Positions 34,469 through 44,182 of a stretch of 64,000 nt of DNA are shown here, in pieces. The notes beneath the pieces were generated by a model that was not told where the DNA came from, made no database searches, and saw only the letters and a list, made by a program, of their open reading frames with translations. The stretch comes from Dehalococcoidia bacterium. GTDB taxonomy: Bacteria; Chloroflexota; Dehalococcoidia; Lucifugimonadales; CATOSD01. The DNA lies in contig OZ242014.1 of assembly GCA_965204815.1 (NCBI GenBank), positions 1,512,532 through 1,576,531 on the forward strand, read 5' to 3'. A program made the translations under genes and the position numbers. Within the stretch, counting starts at the first letter, position 1; the number at the start of each line of letters is the position of its first letter.

Positions 34469-35269
34469 ATGCCAGGATACTCGGCACGAGTCGGAAACGT
34501 GGAGCTTGTCTCATTAACGGACGGGGAGGGCGCCGGCCCGCCCACCGCCGTGTTCGCCGCGAGCACCATTGAGCAGTGGCGGGAAGACTATCCCGAACTG
34601 CTGGATGCCAACGAGATGATACATCCCCGCTACGGCTCGCTCGCGATTCGCTCGGTGGGCAAGCTCATCGTGGTGGACACCGGGCTTAATGGCCCGGACG
34701 GCAAGCTGCTGGACGAGATGAAGGAGAAGGGCGTCGACAGTTCCGCGGTCGACCTAGTGGTGCTGAGCCACCTCCATCCCGACCACGTGGGCTGGAACCT
34801 CACGGACGGCAGCCCCACCTTCCCCAACGCGCGCTACATCGTCTCGCGCGCCGACTACGAGTTCTGGACGTCCCCCGAGATGGCGGGCTCGGACCACGTG
34901 AAGGGACAGGTGCTGCCTCTGAACGACCTCAACATCCTCGACCTCGTGGACGGCGAGTACAACGTCACCGACGAGCTGACCACGTTCCCCACGCCCGGCC
35001 ACACGCCCGGCCACATCTCGCTCGTCATATCGTCGGGTGGCGAAAGAGGCTTCGTGCTCGCGGACGTAGCGCACAGCCCCGCGCAGGCGCACTACACCGA
35101 CTGGAATCCCGGCTTCGACAACGACCCGGACACCGCGCAGAAGACCCGCCACTCCGTTCTGGACCGGCTGGAAGCGGATGGCTCGCTGGTGAGCGCCGGC
35201 CACTTCCCCTCACCAGGCTTTGGCCGCTTCGTGCGCAGCGGCGGTCGGCGCGTCTGGCAGGGCGTCTAG
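34469..35269 (+). CDS. MBL-fold metallo-hydrolase
   Basis: AGGAGG RBS before the ATG at 34469. VVLSHLHPDHVGW (HxHxDH) motif. Confidence 0.8.
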   Translation: MPGYSARVGNVELVSLTDGEGAGPPTAVFAASTIEQWREDYPELLDANEMIHPRYGSLAIRSVGKLIVVDTGLNGPDGKLLDEMKEKGVDSSAVDLVVLSHLHPDHVGWNLTDGSPTFPNARYIVSRADYEFWTSPEMAGSDHVKGQVLPLNDLNILDLVDGEYNVTDELTTFPTPGHTPGHISLVISSGGERGFVLADVAHSPAQAHYTDWNPGFDNDPDTAQKTRHSVLDRLEADGSLVSAGHFPSPGFGRFVRSGGRRVWQGV

Positions 35270-35289
35270 CCGGGCTGCGCCACCCTGGG

Positions 35290-35976
35290 TTGCTGATGGC
35301 CACGTTGGTCGCCCGGGCCGCGACGCTCACCCGGGCGGCTTTCGGCGTGGTGCTCCTCGCCATCGCGCTGGCGGCGCTCGCCTGCGGCGGCCAGGAAGTG
35401 CCGCCCGAGGCCGAGGCGCGCGCCGAGTTCGAGCGGGGCCTCGCTTTCAAGGAGCAGGGCAACCTGGTGAGGGCGCTCGAATCGTACGATGCCGCCCTGG
35501 CCATCTACCCCGCGCTGGCGGATGCCTACGCCGAGCGAGGGTTCGTATTCTACAGCCGGGGCGACCACCGCGCGGCCCTGGTGAACCTGAACCGCGCCGT
35601 AGAGCTGGACGGCGACCTGGCCGCCGGCTACAACTACCGGGGCATGGTGTTCGAAGAGGTCGAGGACACCGATAACGCTCTGATCAATTACGGCAAGGCC
35701 ATTCAACTCGACCCTGAATTGAAGGCCGCCTACCTCAATCGCGCACGCGTCCATGTGGGGGACGAGGAGTACGAGTCCGCGGTCGACGACCTCACTTCCG
35801 CTATCTCGCTGACTCCGGACGACGCTCTGCTCTACCTGCTGCGCGGCCAGGTGTACCTGCAGCTTGACGAAGCCGCGCGGGCCGAAGCGGACTTCGAGCA
35901 GGTGCTCGGTCTCGCCGACGACGAGACACTGGCGGTTACGGCGAGGCAGCTTCTCACTGCGCTCCGGCTGAGGTAA
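35290..35976 (+). CDS. TPR-repeat protein, probable lipoprotein
   Basis: LAIALAALACGG lipobox-like segment. Multiple TPR units (ALESYDAALAIYPALADAYAERGFVFY, among others). Confidence 0.7.
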   Translation: MLMATLVARAATLTRAAFGVVLLAIALAALACGGQEVPPEAEARAEFERGLAFKEQGNLVRALESYDAALAIYPALADAYAERGFVFYSRGDHRAALVNLNRAVELDGDLAAGYNYRGMVFEEVEDTDNALINYGKAIQLDPELKAAYLNRARVHVGDEEYESAVDDLTSAISLTPDDALLYLLRGQVYLQLDEAARAEADFEQVLGLADDETLAVTARQLLTALRLR

Positions 35977-35985
35977 CTACCTGAC

Positions 35986-36561
35986 ATGGCACGAGAAAGC
36001 AAATCACCCGAGGCCGCCGGCGAGCAACAGAATGTCGCCCTGCTCAGGGGAATCAACGTTGGCGGCAAGAACAGGCTGCCGATGGCTGATCTTCGGGACA
36101 TCTTCGAGGCCGCCGGCTGCGGCGCGGTGCGCACCTACATCCAGAGCGGCAACGCGGTGTTCGAGGCGGCGCGCGATCTGGCAGAAGCGGTGCCTGAGAT
36201 CGTCGCGCTGGCGATTAGCGAGAGGTTTGGCTACGAGACCTCCGTCATCGTGCGTTCGGGCGAGGAACTGCGCCGTATTGCTGCCTCCAACCCCTTCGAC
36301 ACTTCCGGCGATCCACGCTTCCTCCTTGTGGCCTTTCTGCGAGACACCCCCACCGCCGATTCGGTATCGCGCCTCGACCCTGACCGCTCGCCGCCGGACG
36401 AATTCGTCGTGCGTGGCCGCGACATCTACCTGCGCTATCCGAACGGCGTAGCCCGCAGCAAGCTGACGAACGAGTACCTCGCCGCTCAGCTTGGGACCGT
36501 GAGCACCATGCGGAACTGGCGGACCGTCCTCAGACTGCTGGAGATGGTCGACGGGCCCTGA
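35986..36561 (+). CDS. DUF1697-family protein
   Basis: NVALLRGINVGGKNRLPMADLR is the characteristic N-terminal signature; 191 aa. Confidence 0.7.
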   Translation: MARESKSPEAAGEQQNVALLRGINVGGKNRLPMADLRDIFEAAGCGAVRTYIQSGNAVFEAARDLAEAVPEIVALAISERFGYETSVIVRSGEELRRIAASNPFDTSGDPRFLLVAFLRDTPTADSVSRLDPDRSPPDEFVVRGRDIYLRYPNGVARSKLTNEYLAAQLGTVSTMRNWRTVLRLLEMVDGP

Positions 36562-36567
36562 TGGCTG

Positions 36568-37833
36568 ATGCCGGTTCGCTTACCTAGACTCCGGGACGTC
36601 CGTCTCTTCGAGGGAATAGACCCTCGCGACCTCGTCTGGGTGTCGGCGATGTCGCTGATGCTCTCTGTGCTGCTGTTGCCGTTCGCCAGCTACGTCGCCG
36701 CGCTTCCCTTCATCCAGGACGAGTGGGGGATCAACAACACCCAGGCGGGCGTGGTGTTCTCCGCGTTCCAGGCGGGGTTCGCCGCCTCCGCGCTGCTGGT
36801 CATACCGCTCACGGACAGGTTGAGCTCCCGCCACATCCTGGTTGCGTCCGCGGCCACGTCCGCTGTCGGGAGCGCCCTCTTCCCGCTGGCCGCGCAGGAG
36901 GTCGTCAGCGCCTCGCTGCTGCGTGCGCTGTCGGGCGCCGGACTGGTCGGCGTCTACGTGCCGGGGCTGCGCGTCATCTCCGAGCGGTTCGCGGACAGCG
37001 GGCGTGGCATGGCTATGGGCCTGTACGTCACCGCATTCTATGCCGGAAACGGCGTCTCTCTGGTCGCCACGGGCTGGCTGCTGGAGTGGCTCGAGTGGAG
37101 GGACGCCTACCTCTGGCTGTCGCTGGCCTCGTTCGCCAGCCTGCCCCTCGCGTGGTTCCTGCTACGCGCTCCGCGGCCGGCCGCGGCGACCGGCTCGTCT
37201 GCGGGGCGGCTGGACGTGTCCGTGCTGCGCAATCGACGCTCCCGCGTCTACATCCTCGGCTACACGCTCCACGCGGCGGAACTATACATCGTGCGAGGCT
37301 GGCTGCCCGCCTTCCTGACGGCGGTACTGGTGATGAGAGGGATGGCGCACGATCAGGCGGTCACGACCGGCGCGGCGGTAGGCGGCATCGCCCTCGGCGT
37401 GGGCGCGCTCGGCCCTGTGATGGGCGGGATCATCTCCGACAGGCTGGGCCGGGCGGCGTCCGCGGCGGCCATCTTCGCCCTCAGCGGTGCGTGCTCATGG
37501 CTGATCGGTTGGATCGGCGGCTTCCCCTGGCCGCTCATCGTCGGCGTAGCGGTCGTGTACGGCTGGGCCATCGCCGCCGACTCCGCCATCTACACCACGG
37601 CTGTCACCGAGGTCGCCAAGCCGGAGCAACTCGGTTCCACCATGGCCGTGCAGTCGTTCCTGGGATTCATGGGCGGCGTCGTCGGCCCGATCCTCGCCGG
37701 CGGCGTGCTCGACCTCGCCCCGGCGTCCATCGAGTGGGGCGCCGCCTTCTCCGCCACCGGCGTCATCGCCATCGTCGCCGTGGCCGCGCTTGTGCGTGCG
37801 CGGGAGGGGCGCGCCAAGAGAACGAGAAAGTGA
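36568..37833 (+). CDS. MFS transporter
   Basis: 421 aa, about 12 hydrophobic segments. PLTDRLSSRHIL resembles the MFS loop 2-3 motif. Confidence 0.75.
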   Translation: MPVRLPRLRDVRLFEGIDPRDLVWVSAMSLMLSVLLLPFASYVAALPFIQDEWGINNTQAGVVFSAFQAGFAASALLVIPLTDRLSSRHILVASAATSAVGSALFPLAAQEVVSASLLRALSGAGLVGVYVPGLRVISERFADSGRGMAMGLYVTAFYAGNGVSLVATGWLLEWLEWRDAYLWLSLASFASLPLAWFLLRAPRPAAATGSSAGRLDVSVLRNRRSRVYILGYTLHAAELYIVRGWLPAFLTAVLVMRGMAHDQAVTTGAAVGGIALGVGALGPVMGGIISDRLGRAASAAAIFALSGACSWLIGWIGGFPWPLIVGVAVVYGWAIAADSAIYTTAVTEVAKPEQLGSTMAVQSFLGFMGGVVGPILAGGVLDLAPASIEWGAAFSATGVIAIVAVAALVRAREGRAKRTRK

Positions 37834-37865
37834 TGACTGAACGCTTCCGTTGGCATTGATTACAA

Positions 37866-37894
37866 TTGACAAATCTGGTCTAGGCCACTATATT
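37866..37894 (+). promoter_or_regulatory. Near-consensus sigma-70-type promoter at the left edge of island 3
   Basis: TTGACA (37866-37871), 17-nt spacer, TATATT (37889-37894). Confidence 0.45.
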
Positions 37895-37946
37895 GTGGTT
37901 ACGATACCAATGGTGTCGCAAGTGACTTGCTCCCGTTGGGAGATCT

Positions 37947-37971
37947 GAGGGGCCGAATAGGCCCCTCTTTT
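37947..37971 (+). terminator. Rho-independent-terminator-like hairpin between the promoter and the NYN gene
   Basis: GAGGGGCC (37947-37954) / GGCCCCTC (37960-37967), loop GAATA, followed by TTTTGTGTT. Confidence 0.45.
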
Positions 37972-37988
37972 GTGTTGGTGAAGTTTTC

Positions 37989-38750
37989 ATGCCATTGCGA
38001 ACAGTGATATTCATAGATGGTCAGAACTTTCGAAACAGCCTTCGCAGCTTTCGGTTCAGTTCCGACCCGCCACACCCGCAAACCCCCCAATACCAGCTTG
38101 AAGAATTGCACTTCGATTGGAGCAAGTTCTTCAAGGCGGTCATCGACAAATTTGACGAGAGCACGGGTTGGGAGCATCAACTGATCAGGGTCTATTGGTA
38201 CTTCGCAAGGGACATCAGCCCTTGGGAGGAACGAAGGGACTTGGCCCAGAGAGTGGTGGATAGGTATCATCTGGAAGTCGATGGACTTACTGTCCAAAAG
38301 GTGGTTGACCTAGCTCAAGAATGGTACCGCCGCGAAAGGTCATACTTCGAGTCCCTCAGGGAGAAGCGATTTGAAAATATTCAACGCGATGTGAATTTCC
38401 TGGAGTTCAAGTACGTCGGACAGTACGTCGTTCGTCCCTTCACTCCGTACCGCGGTGTAACATTGAGCGATGACGGAAAAATTCAATATCGTGGAAGACA
38501 ACAAGGCGAAAAGGGAGTTGATACCGGCATCGCCGTTGACATGATATCCAAAATGCCTTACTACGACACCGCCATCCTTATCAGTGGTGATTCAGACTTC
38601 ATACCAGTAGTCGGCTATCTGAAGGATAATCTCAAGTACGTTTACCAATTCTCATTGGCAAGCGGCGTGCCACCCTCAATCCGATACTTGTCCCCCTGGC
38701 TTAGAGGATTAGTAGATTGTTTCGAAGCGTTCACCGAATTGGAATTGTAG
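37989..38750 (+). CDS. NYN-domain (LabA/limkain-b1-type PIN-like) predicted ribonuclease
   Basis: VIFIDGQNFRNS, EKGVDTGIAVDM and AILISGDSDFIPVV are the three acidic NYN motifs; 253 aa. Confidence 0.8.
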   Translation: MPLRTVIFIDGQNFRNSLRSFRFSSDPPHPQTPQYQLEELHFDWSKFFKAVIDKFDESTGWEHQLIRVYWYFARDISPWEERRDLAQRVVDRYHLEVDGLTVQKVVDLAQEWYRRERSYFESLREKRFENIQRDVNFLEFKYVGQYVVRPFTPYRGVTLSDDGKIQYRGRQQGEKGVDTGIAVDMISKMPYYDTAILISGDSDFIPVVGYLKDNLKYVYQFSLASGVPPSIRYLSPWLRGLVDCFEAFTELEL

Positions 38751-38839
38751 ACTAGATTCCTCAATAAAGAGTCTGGAATACCCCGTCCGATACTCTCCGC
38801 GATTGATAGCAGAATCGTCCAACTTCAAAGTATGGCTAC

Positions 38840-39079
38840 ATGACAAGCAGAATGCTTGAACTACTGACCAGTTACTTGATGGACGACCTGGATCTTGTGT
38901 CGCTTGAAGACCTCGTGGTTCCTCTCGCGTGGGAAGAGGACGGTCCAGCGCAAGACGTCGTTGATCGGGTCGCCGCCGAGATAGCATTGGTCAAGGATGG
39001 CGCTTCCGACGAAACGATGTTCAGAGAGCGCATTGAAGAGATTATCGCGTCCTCTGCCGCGCCCGCTCGAAACGCCTGA
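38840..39079 (+). CDS. Small acidic hypothetical protein (79 aa)
   Basis: ORF only; Asp/Glu-rich with no recognisable motif. Lies between the two convergent RNase-like genes. Confidence 0.3.
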   Translation: MTSRMLELLTSYLMDDLDLVSLEDLVVPLAWEEDGPAQDVVDRVAAEIALVKDGASDETMFRERIEEIIASSAAPARNA

Positions 39080-39118
39080 ACAATCTCATAGCGTCCAGAC
39101 CGGAACCTGCCGAATAGC

Positions 39119-40753
39119 CTAGCGCCTGCCCCGCAGCTTGCGTCCGATGCGAGCGAATTCCGGCAACACGCCCTGCTGTCCGATTCCCAGGAATGTCCTG
39201 AAGCAGTCGGTGATTACCTCACTTGGTATTGTGCTACTGCTCTCGTGTTCGGCTGGGTTTCTACGGTCGGCAAGCTGCCTAAGCGCAATGGGCAAGGACT
39301 CGACCATGAACTTCTCATCAGCTTGCCCGAGACCTCTTGAAGTACAAAAGTCCAGGAAGAAGCTGTCCTCACAGACGTCAACGTAGTTCCGCACACTCGG
39401 GTAAGAGCCTAACCGGCGTTCGGCTACTTCGTCCTCGTAACCCTGAAACTCCGGATAGGCACTTTTGCTTCTAGCCAACGGTTGCCATATGAACTCGTAG
39501 CACATCTCCTCGGTTGCCCTGAGCAATTCGTTGAGAATGGACTCTCGACGCACTCTCTGGGTTGAGCTCCACGTGTTGTCAGCCGATATGAGCGCTTCCT
39601 GAGCGCGCGGAGGAACAGTCTCCCAACTGTTCCCGAAAAAGTAGGTCTTCAGCCGCCGTTTTGCAGCCTTTTCTTCATCTTTCGCCCTCAGTTTGACGTA
39701 TTCACTCTGGCTAAGCTGAGCACTCGCCCACGCATGAGCGCCATGCCAGTATTCGCTCCACGTTAGCGACCTGCCCTGCTCATCTGTGGTTTCTTCTTCG
39801 ACACCAGATACATTCCAGGATATGGCCAATTCCTTGCAATCCCGCGCGACCTGTGCCCAGCCGTCAGTAGAAGATGCGCTTGCCCTAACAAGCTCGAAGA
39901 CTGATTTTGACTCTTCCAACGAGACCTGCAGCCCCGTCAAGTGGTTTTCCAAGACAGGCCGCAACAATGATTCCACTGGGCCAATTGCTTCGAGGTCCTC
40001 CGCGTCATAACGTTCTCCCATAGGGATTGCATTGTGATTAACTGCCAACTCGTAGCAGATCATTGCCTCGGCAAGATAGTGAAGGGCCTCCACATACTCA
40101 CGATCGACTCTGCTTACCCGGCTTAACTCCACGAATGCGAGGGCGGAAACAGCCACCAGTGAGGTATCGAATGCGGGACTCTCATAGCCTAAGCTCACGC
40201 CCTGAACACCACCAAGTCGCTTCAGTGTGCGCTCGACCTTGAAGAGGCAGTCCTGAACCTCTTCAGACAACCCTTCACTTCGCTTGAGTCTGAATGCCCG
40301 CGCAGCAGCGATATGGAGGTAAGTCTTAAGCTCCTCTTCCCATCGGCCATCGCTGACATCAGGCTGGTAAGGCACACGATGTCGCCTTTCGAGATACTCA
40401 AGACATTCCAGCATCAGACGCTCTTGTTCTTCCGACAACTGTTCCGCTGGAAGCCTGCTAGTACGCCATCTCGGGCGTCCCATTCGGCGTTGTGATCTTG
40501 TTATCTGAGGAAAGTACTGACTCCAGAACAGTTCTAGAGCGTCATCAATTGGACTCCGACCTTTAATCTCGGACGACCATTCGACGCTCTCTACGAAAGG
40601 CCGTAGTCGAATCACGTCCAGACGAGAGTACCCCACTGCCACCAACTCTCCGCTAGATGCGTCCTCCGAGGGAGGATAATCAACGTCTGTCTCCCTGACC
40701 AACTGATTCCACTTGTCTCGAACGATTGCCAGTTCAGTGTCTTCGAATTCCAT
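39119..40753 (-). CDS. Large helical protein with C-terminal HEPN-like domain (R-N-x3-H motif)
   Basis: 544 aa. C-terminal LRQLADRRNPAEHESS contains RNPAEH, matching the HEPN Rx4-6H signature with Asn after Arg. The rest is unassigned. Confidence 0.55.
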   Translation of the reverse strand: MEFEDTELAIVRDKWNQLVRETDVDYPPSEDASSGELVAVGYSRLDVIRLRPFVESVEWSSEIKGRSPIDDALELFWSQYFPQITRSQRRMGRPRWRTSRLPAEQLSEEQERLMLECLEYLERRHRVPYQPDVSDGRWEEELKTYLHIAAARAFRLKRSEGLSEEVQDCLFKVERTLKRLGGVQGVSLGYESPAFDTSLVAVSALAFVELSRVSRVDREYVEALHYLAEAMICYELAVNHNAIPMGERYDAEDLEAIGPVESLLRPVLENHLTGLQVSLEESKSVFELVRASASSTDGWAQVARDCKELAISWNVSGVEEETTDEQGRSLTWSEYWHGAHAWASAQLSQSEYVKLRAKDEEKAAKRRLKTYFFGNSWETVPPRAQEALISADNTWSSTQRVRRESILNELLRATEEMCYEFIWQPLARSKSAYPEFQGYEDEVAERRLGSYPSVRNYVDVCEDSFFLDFCTSRGLGQADEKFMVESLPIALRQLADRRNPAEHESSSTIPSEVITDCFRTFLGIGQQGVLPEFARIGRKLRGRR

Positions 40754-40821
40754 TTTGCATTACCACGTTCCGATCAAGTACTTCGCCTTGATACATGCCA
40801 ATAGCCTCGGCCTTGCGATAC

Positions 40822-42138
40822 CTACCCCACCAACCGCACCAGCCGCCACTGCCGGGCGCCGCGTCGCAGCACCACCACGCGACCCTCCACCGCGTCCTCC
40901 AGGCGGACGGCGCGGCGCGGGTCCGTTTCGCGGCGGCTGCCCAGCGCGATGCCGTTGCCCTGGATGAGCCGGCGCGCCTCGCCGCGCGAAGTTGCCAGCC
41001 TGGTCAGCGTCAGCAGCTCCGTCAGCGCGACGCCATCGCCCTCCAGCCGCTCGCGGGGGATCTCGGACGACGGCACGTCGTGGAACACGTCCAGCAGTTC
41101 GCTGGCGCCCAGGCTCGACACGTCCCCGCCGAACAGCGCCTCCGTGGCCGCCTGCGCGGTGCGCAGCGCGTCGTCGCCGTGCGTCATGCGTGTAACCTCT
41201 CCCGCCAGCCGCCTCTGCGCCTCGCGCCGCTCCGGGCGCGCCGCCAGCCGTTCCTCCAGTTCGACGATCTCCTCCCGGCCGAGCAGCGTGAAGCATCGCA
41301 ACAGCTTGCCCGCGTCCTCGTCCGCGGCGTTCAGCCAGTACTGGTAGAACTGGTAGGGAGACGTCTTCTCGGGGTCGAGCCACACCGCGCCGTCCACCGT
41401 CTTTCCGAACTTGTTGCCGGCGGAGTCGGTGATGAGCGGCGCAACCAGCGCGTGGGCCTGGCCTCCGCGCATCCTGCGGATCAGGTCGATGCCGGTTATG
41501 ATGTTGCCCCACTGGTCACTTCCGCCCATCTGGAGCACGCACCCAAACCGGTCGTACAGCGCCACATAGTCGTAAGCCTGCAGCAGCATGTAGCTGAACT
41601 CGGTGTACGAAATCCCCTGGTCGATACGGCTCCTCACGGACTCCTTGGAGAGCATATAGTTGACACTGAAGTGCTTTCCCACGTCGCGCATGAAGTCGAT
41701 GGCCAGGATGCGGTCCAGCCAGTCCAGGTTGTTCACAAGGTGCGCGGGGTTGTCGCGCGCGTCGAAGTCGAGGAAGCGCGCCAGTTGCGCGCGGATGCCC
41801 TCGAGGTTCTTCGCCATCTGTTCGCGCGTCAGCAGTTGACGTTCCTCCGTCCTGCCGCCAGGGTCGCCTATCAGTCCGGTGCCGCCGCCGGCGATGGCAA
41901 TGGGCGTGTGCCCGTGCCGCTGCATACGAACCAGCAGCATGATTACCAGCAGGTTGCCGATGTGAAGGCTGTCCGCCGTCGGATCGAATCCTATGTAGGC
42001 GGTGATCTTCTGGTGGGCCAGCAGGTCGTCCAGTCCGGGCGTGTACAGCTCGTGGCCCTGCTCGGTGACGTGGATGAGGCCGCGCCATCGCAGCTCGTCG
42101 ATGACGTTGGAGTCTGTCTGCGTCGCCTGTTGTACCAT
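40822..42138 (-). CDS. tyrS: Tyrosine--tRNA ligase (with C-terminal S4-like domain)
   Basis: YIGFDPTADSLHIGNL (HIGH) and KFGKT (KMSKS); 438 aa. Confidence 0.9.
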   Translation of the reverse strand: MVQQATQTDSNVIDELRWRGLIHVTEQGHELYTPGLDDLLAHQKITAYIGFDPTADSLHIGNLLVIMLLVRMQRHGHTPIAIAGGGTGLIGDPGGRTEERQLLTREQMAKNLEGIRAQLARFLDFDARDNPAHLVNNLDWLDRILAIDFMRDVGKHFSVNYMLSKESVRSRIDQGISYTEFSYMLLQAYDYVALYDRFGCVLQMGGSDQWGNIITGIDLIRRMRGGQAHALVAPLITDSAGNKFGKTVDGAVWLDPEKTSPYQFYQYWLNAADEDAGKLLRCFTLLGREEIVELEERLAARPERREAQRRLAGEVTRMTHGDDALRTAQAATEALFGGDVSSLGASELLDVFHDVPSSEIPRERLEGDGVALTELLTLTRLATSRGEARRLIQGNGIALGSRRETDPRRAVRLEDAVEGRVVVLRRGARQWRLVRLVG

Positions 42139-42159
42139 CGTTGACCTCCCCGCCGTGGA

Positions 42160-42831
42160 CTAGTCGATGCTGCTTCGAAGCGCGGACATGGCTTCGTCTA
42201 CGCTCATTCTGTCGTTGTAGATCGCCGAACCCGCCACCAGCACCCGCGCCCCGGCGTCCACTGCCGTCCTTGCCGTGGCCGAACTGATGCCGCCGTCCAC
42301 CTCCAGGTCAGCCGTCAGACCCAGCGAATCGAGCCGCGCGCGCACGCGCCGTATCTTGTCCACGGCGCTGTGGATGAACGCCTGGCCGCCGAATCCGGGG
42401 TTAACCGTCATCACCAGCACCTGATCCAGGTCCGCTAGCACCTCCTCCACTGCGGAGGGCGGCGTCGCCGGATTCAGCGCCGCGCCCGCCCTCGCGCCGC
42501 TCTCACGTATCTGGTGCACCACGCGGTGCAGGTGTGTGCACGCCTCTACGTGCACGGTGATGATGTCGGCTCCCGCGTCTACGAACTCCTCGATGTACCT
42601 CTCCGGCGACGCGATCATCATGTGGATGTCGAGCGGTAGCGTCGTGGACCGCCGCACCGCCTGAACCACCAGCGGCCCCATGGTGATGTTGGGCACGAAG
42701 TGGCCGTCCATGATGTCAACGTGTACATAGTCGGCGCCGGCGCGCTCGGCTTCCGCGACCTGCTCGCCGAGCCTGCCGAAGTCCGCGGACAAAATGGACG
42801 GCGCGATCTTGATGCGCGTATCAGCCGCCAC
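42160..42831 (-). CDS. rpe: Ribulose-phosphate 3-epimerase
   Basis: IAPSILSADF, HVDIMDGHFVPN, MTVNPGFGGQ motifs. Confidence 0.9.
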   Translation of the reverse strand: MAADTRIKIAPSILSADFGRLGEQVAEAERAGADYVHVDIMDGHFVPNITMGPLVVQAVRRSTTLPLDIHMMIASPERYIEEFVDAGADIITVHVEACTHLHRVVHQIRESGARAGAALNPATPPSAVEEVLADLDQVLVMTVNPGFGGQAFIHSAVDKIRRVRARLDSLGLTADLEVDGGISSATARTAVDAGARVLVAGSAIYNDRMSVDEAMSALRSSID

Positions 42832-44176
42832 GCTCGGCCTCCAGTTCGGCCCTGGCCGCCTCGATGGCGCGCTTCACCTGGCCGAAGGCGGTGCCCCCGT
42901 GGACGTCCCGCGCGCCTACGGACGCCTCGACAGTGATCTCCAAGACGTCTTCGTCAAACAGGTCGGAGAACTCGCGGTAGATCTCCAAGGGCAGCTCTTC
43001 GAAGCGCCTGCCGAGCCCGGCGGCGTGCTCCGAGAGCCGCGCGACCACGCCGTGGGCCTCGCGGAAGGGCATGCCGCGCTCCACCAGATAGTCGGCGATG
43101 TCGGTGGCCAGCACGTAGCCGCCATTGGCCGCCTCCAGCATACGCTCACGGTCCAGCGCCATACCCGGCAGCATATCGGCGAACACCGTTAGCGTCGCGG
43201 TCAGCGTATCCGCGCTGTCCAGGAAGCCCTCCTTGTCCTCCTGCAGGTCGCGGTTGTACGTCATGGGCAGGCCCTTCATCAGCGTGAGCGTCGCCATCAG
43301 GTTGCCGTACACGCGCCCCGTCTTGCCCCTGGCAATCTCCGCGAAATCGGGATTGCGCTTTTGCGGCATGATACTGCTGCCGGTGGTGTACTCGTCGCTC
43401 AGCCGGATGAACCCGAACTCCTCGGACGACCAGATGATCAGCTCTTCCGCCATGCGCGACAGGTGCATCATGCAGATGGCGGCGGCCGCCTGGAACTCCA
43501 GCAGATAGTCGCGGTCGGACACGGCGTCCATGCTGTTTGCCGAGACCCTGGAGAAGCCGAGCTGGTCGGCCACGAACTGCCGGTCGATGGGGTAGGGGAG
43601 CCCCGCGAGCGCGCCGCTGCCCAGCGGCATCACGTCCGCGCTCTCTCGCGCCTGGGCAAAGCGGCGCGCGTCCCGCCCGAACATCTCGAAGTAGGCGAGC
43701 ATGTGGTGGGCAAAGAGCACCGGCTGCGCCCGCTGCAGGTGGGTGTAGCCGGGCATGACGACTCCGGCGTTGTCGGACGCCAGTTCGACGAGCGCGCCTC
43801 GCAGTTCGCGCAGCAGCGCCAGCACCTCGTCGCATCGCTCCCGTGCGTACATCCGCACGTCCAGCGCGACCTGGTCGTTGCGCGAGCGGGCGGTGTGGAG
43901 GCGTCCGGCGGTGTCGCCGATCTTCTCGAACAGCCGCCGCTCGATGTTCATGTGGATGTCTTCGAGTTCGGGCCGCCACGGGAACTCGCCGCCGGCAATC
44001 TCCCGCCCTATCTCTTCCAGGCCGCGCACTATGGCGTCCGCCTCGCCCGCCGCGATGATCTCCTGCCGCGCCAGCATCCGGGCGTGAGCGATGGAGCCGG
44101 CGATGTCCTGCCTGTACAGGCGCTTGTCGTAGTCTATCGAGACGGTGTAGGTCGACTGTACCTCGCGCATTCCCAT
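42821..44176 (-). CDS. argH: Argininosuccinate lyase
   Basis: GRLHTARSRNDQV and GSSIMPQKRNPD fumarate-lyase signatures; 451 aa. Confidence 0.9.
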   Translation of the reverse strand: MGMREVQSTYTVSIDYDKRLYRQDIAGSIAHARMLARQEIIAAGEADAIVRGLEEIGREIAGGEFPWRPELEDIHMNIERRLFEKIGDTAGRLHTARSRNDQVALDVRMYARERCDEVLALLRELRGALVELASDNAGVVMPGYTHLQRAQPVLFAHHMLAYFEMFGRDARRFAQARESADVMPLGSGALAGLPYPIDRQFVADQLGFSRVSANSMDAVSDRDYLLEFQAAAAICMMHLSRMAEELIIWSSEEFGFIRLSDEYTTGSSIMPQKRNPDFAEIARGKTGRVYGNLMATLTLMKGLPMTYNRDLQEDKEGFLDSADTLTATLTVFADMLPGMALDRERMLEAANGGYVLATDIADYLVERGMPFREAHGVVARLSEHAAGLGRRFEELPLEIYREFSDLFDEDVLEITVEASVGARDVHGGTAFGQVKRAIEAARAELEAERGG

Positions 44177-44182
44177 GCCGCG

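Noticed and set aside
37834-40821. Direct repeats or att-like duplications flanking island 3
   Set aside because: Only short chance-level matches (5-6 nt such as TTCCG and TTGAT) were found at the two borders. This is insufficient to call target-site duplications.
42139-42159. T-box or other leader upstream of tyrS (and of argS at 32148-32231)
   Set aside because: The intergenic spaces are only about 20 and 85 nt, and no specifier or T-box sequence is visible. tyrS appears co-transcribed with rpe.
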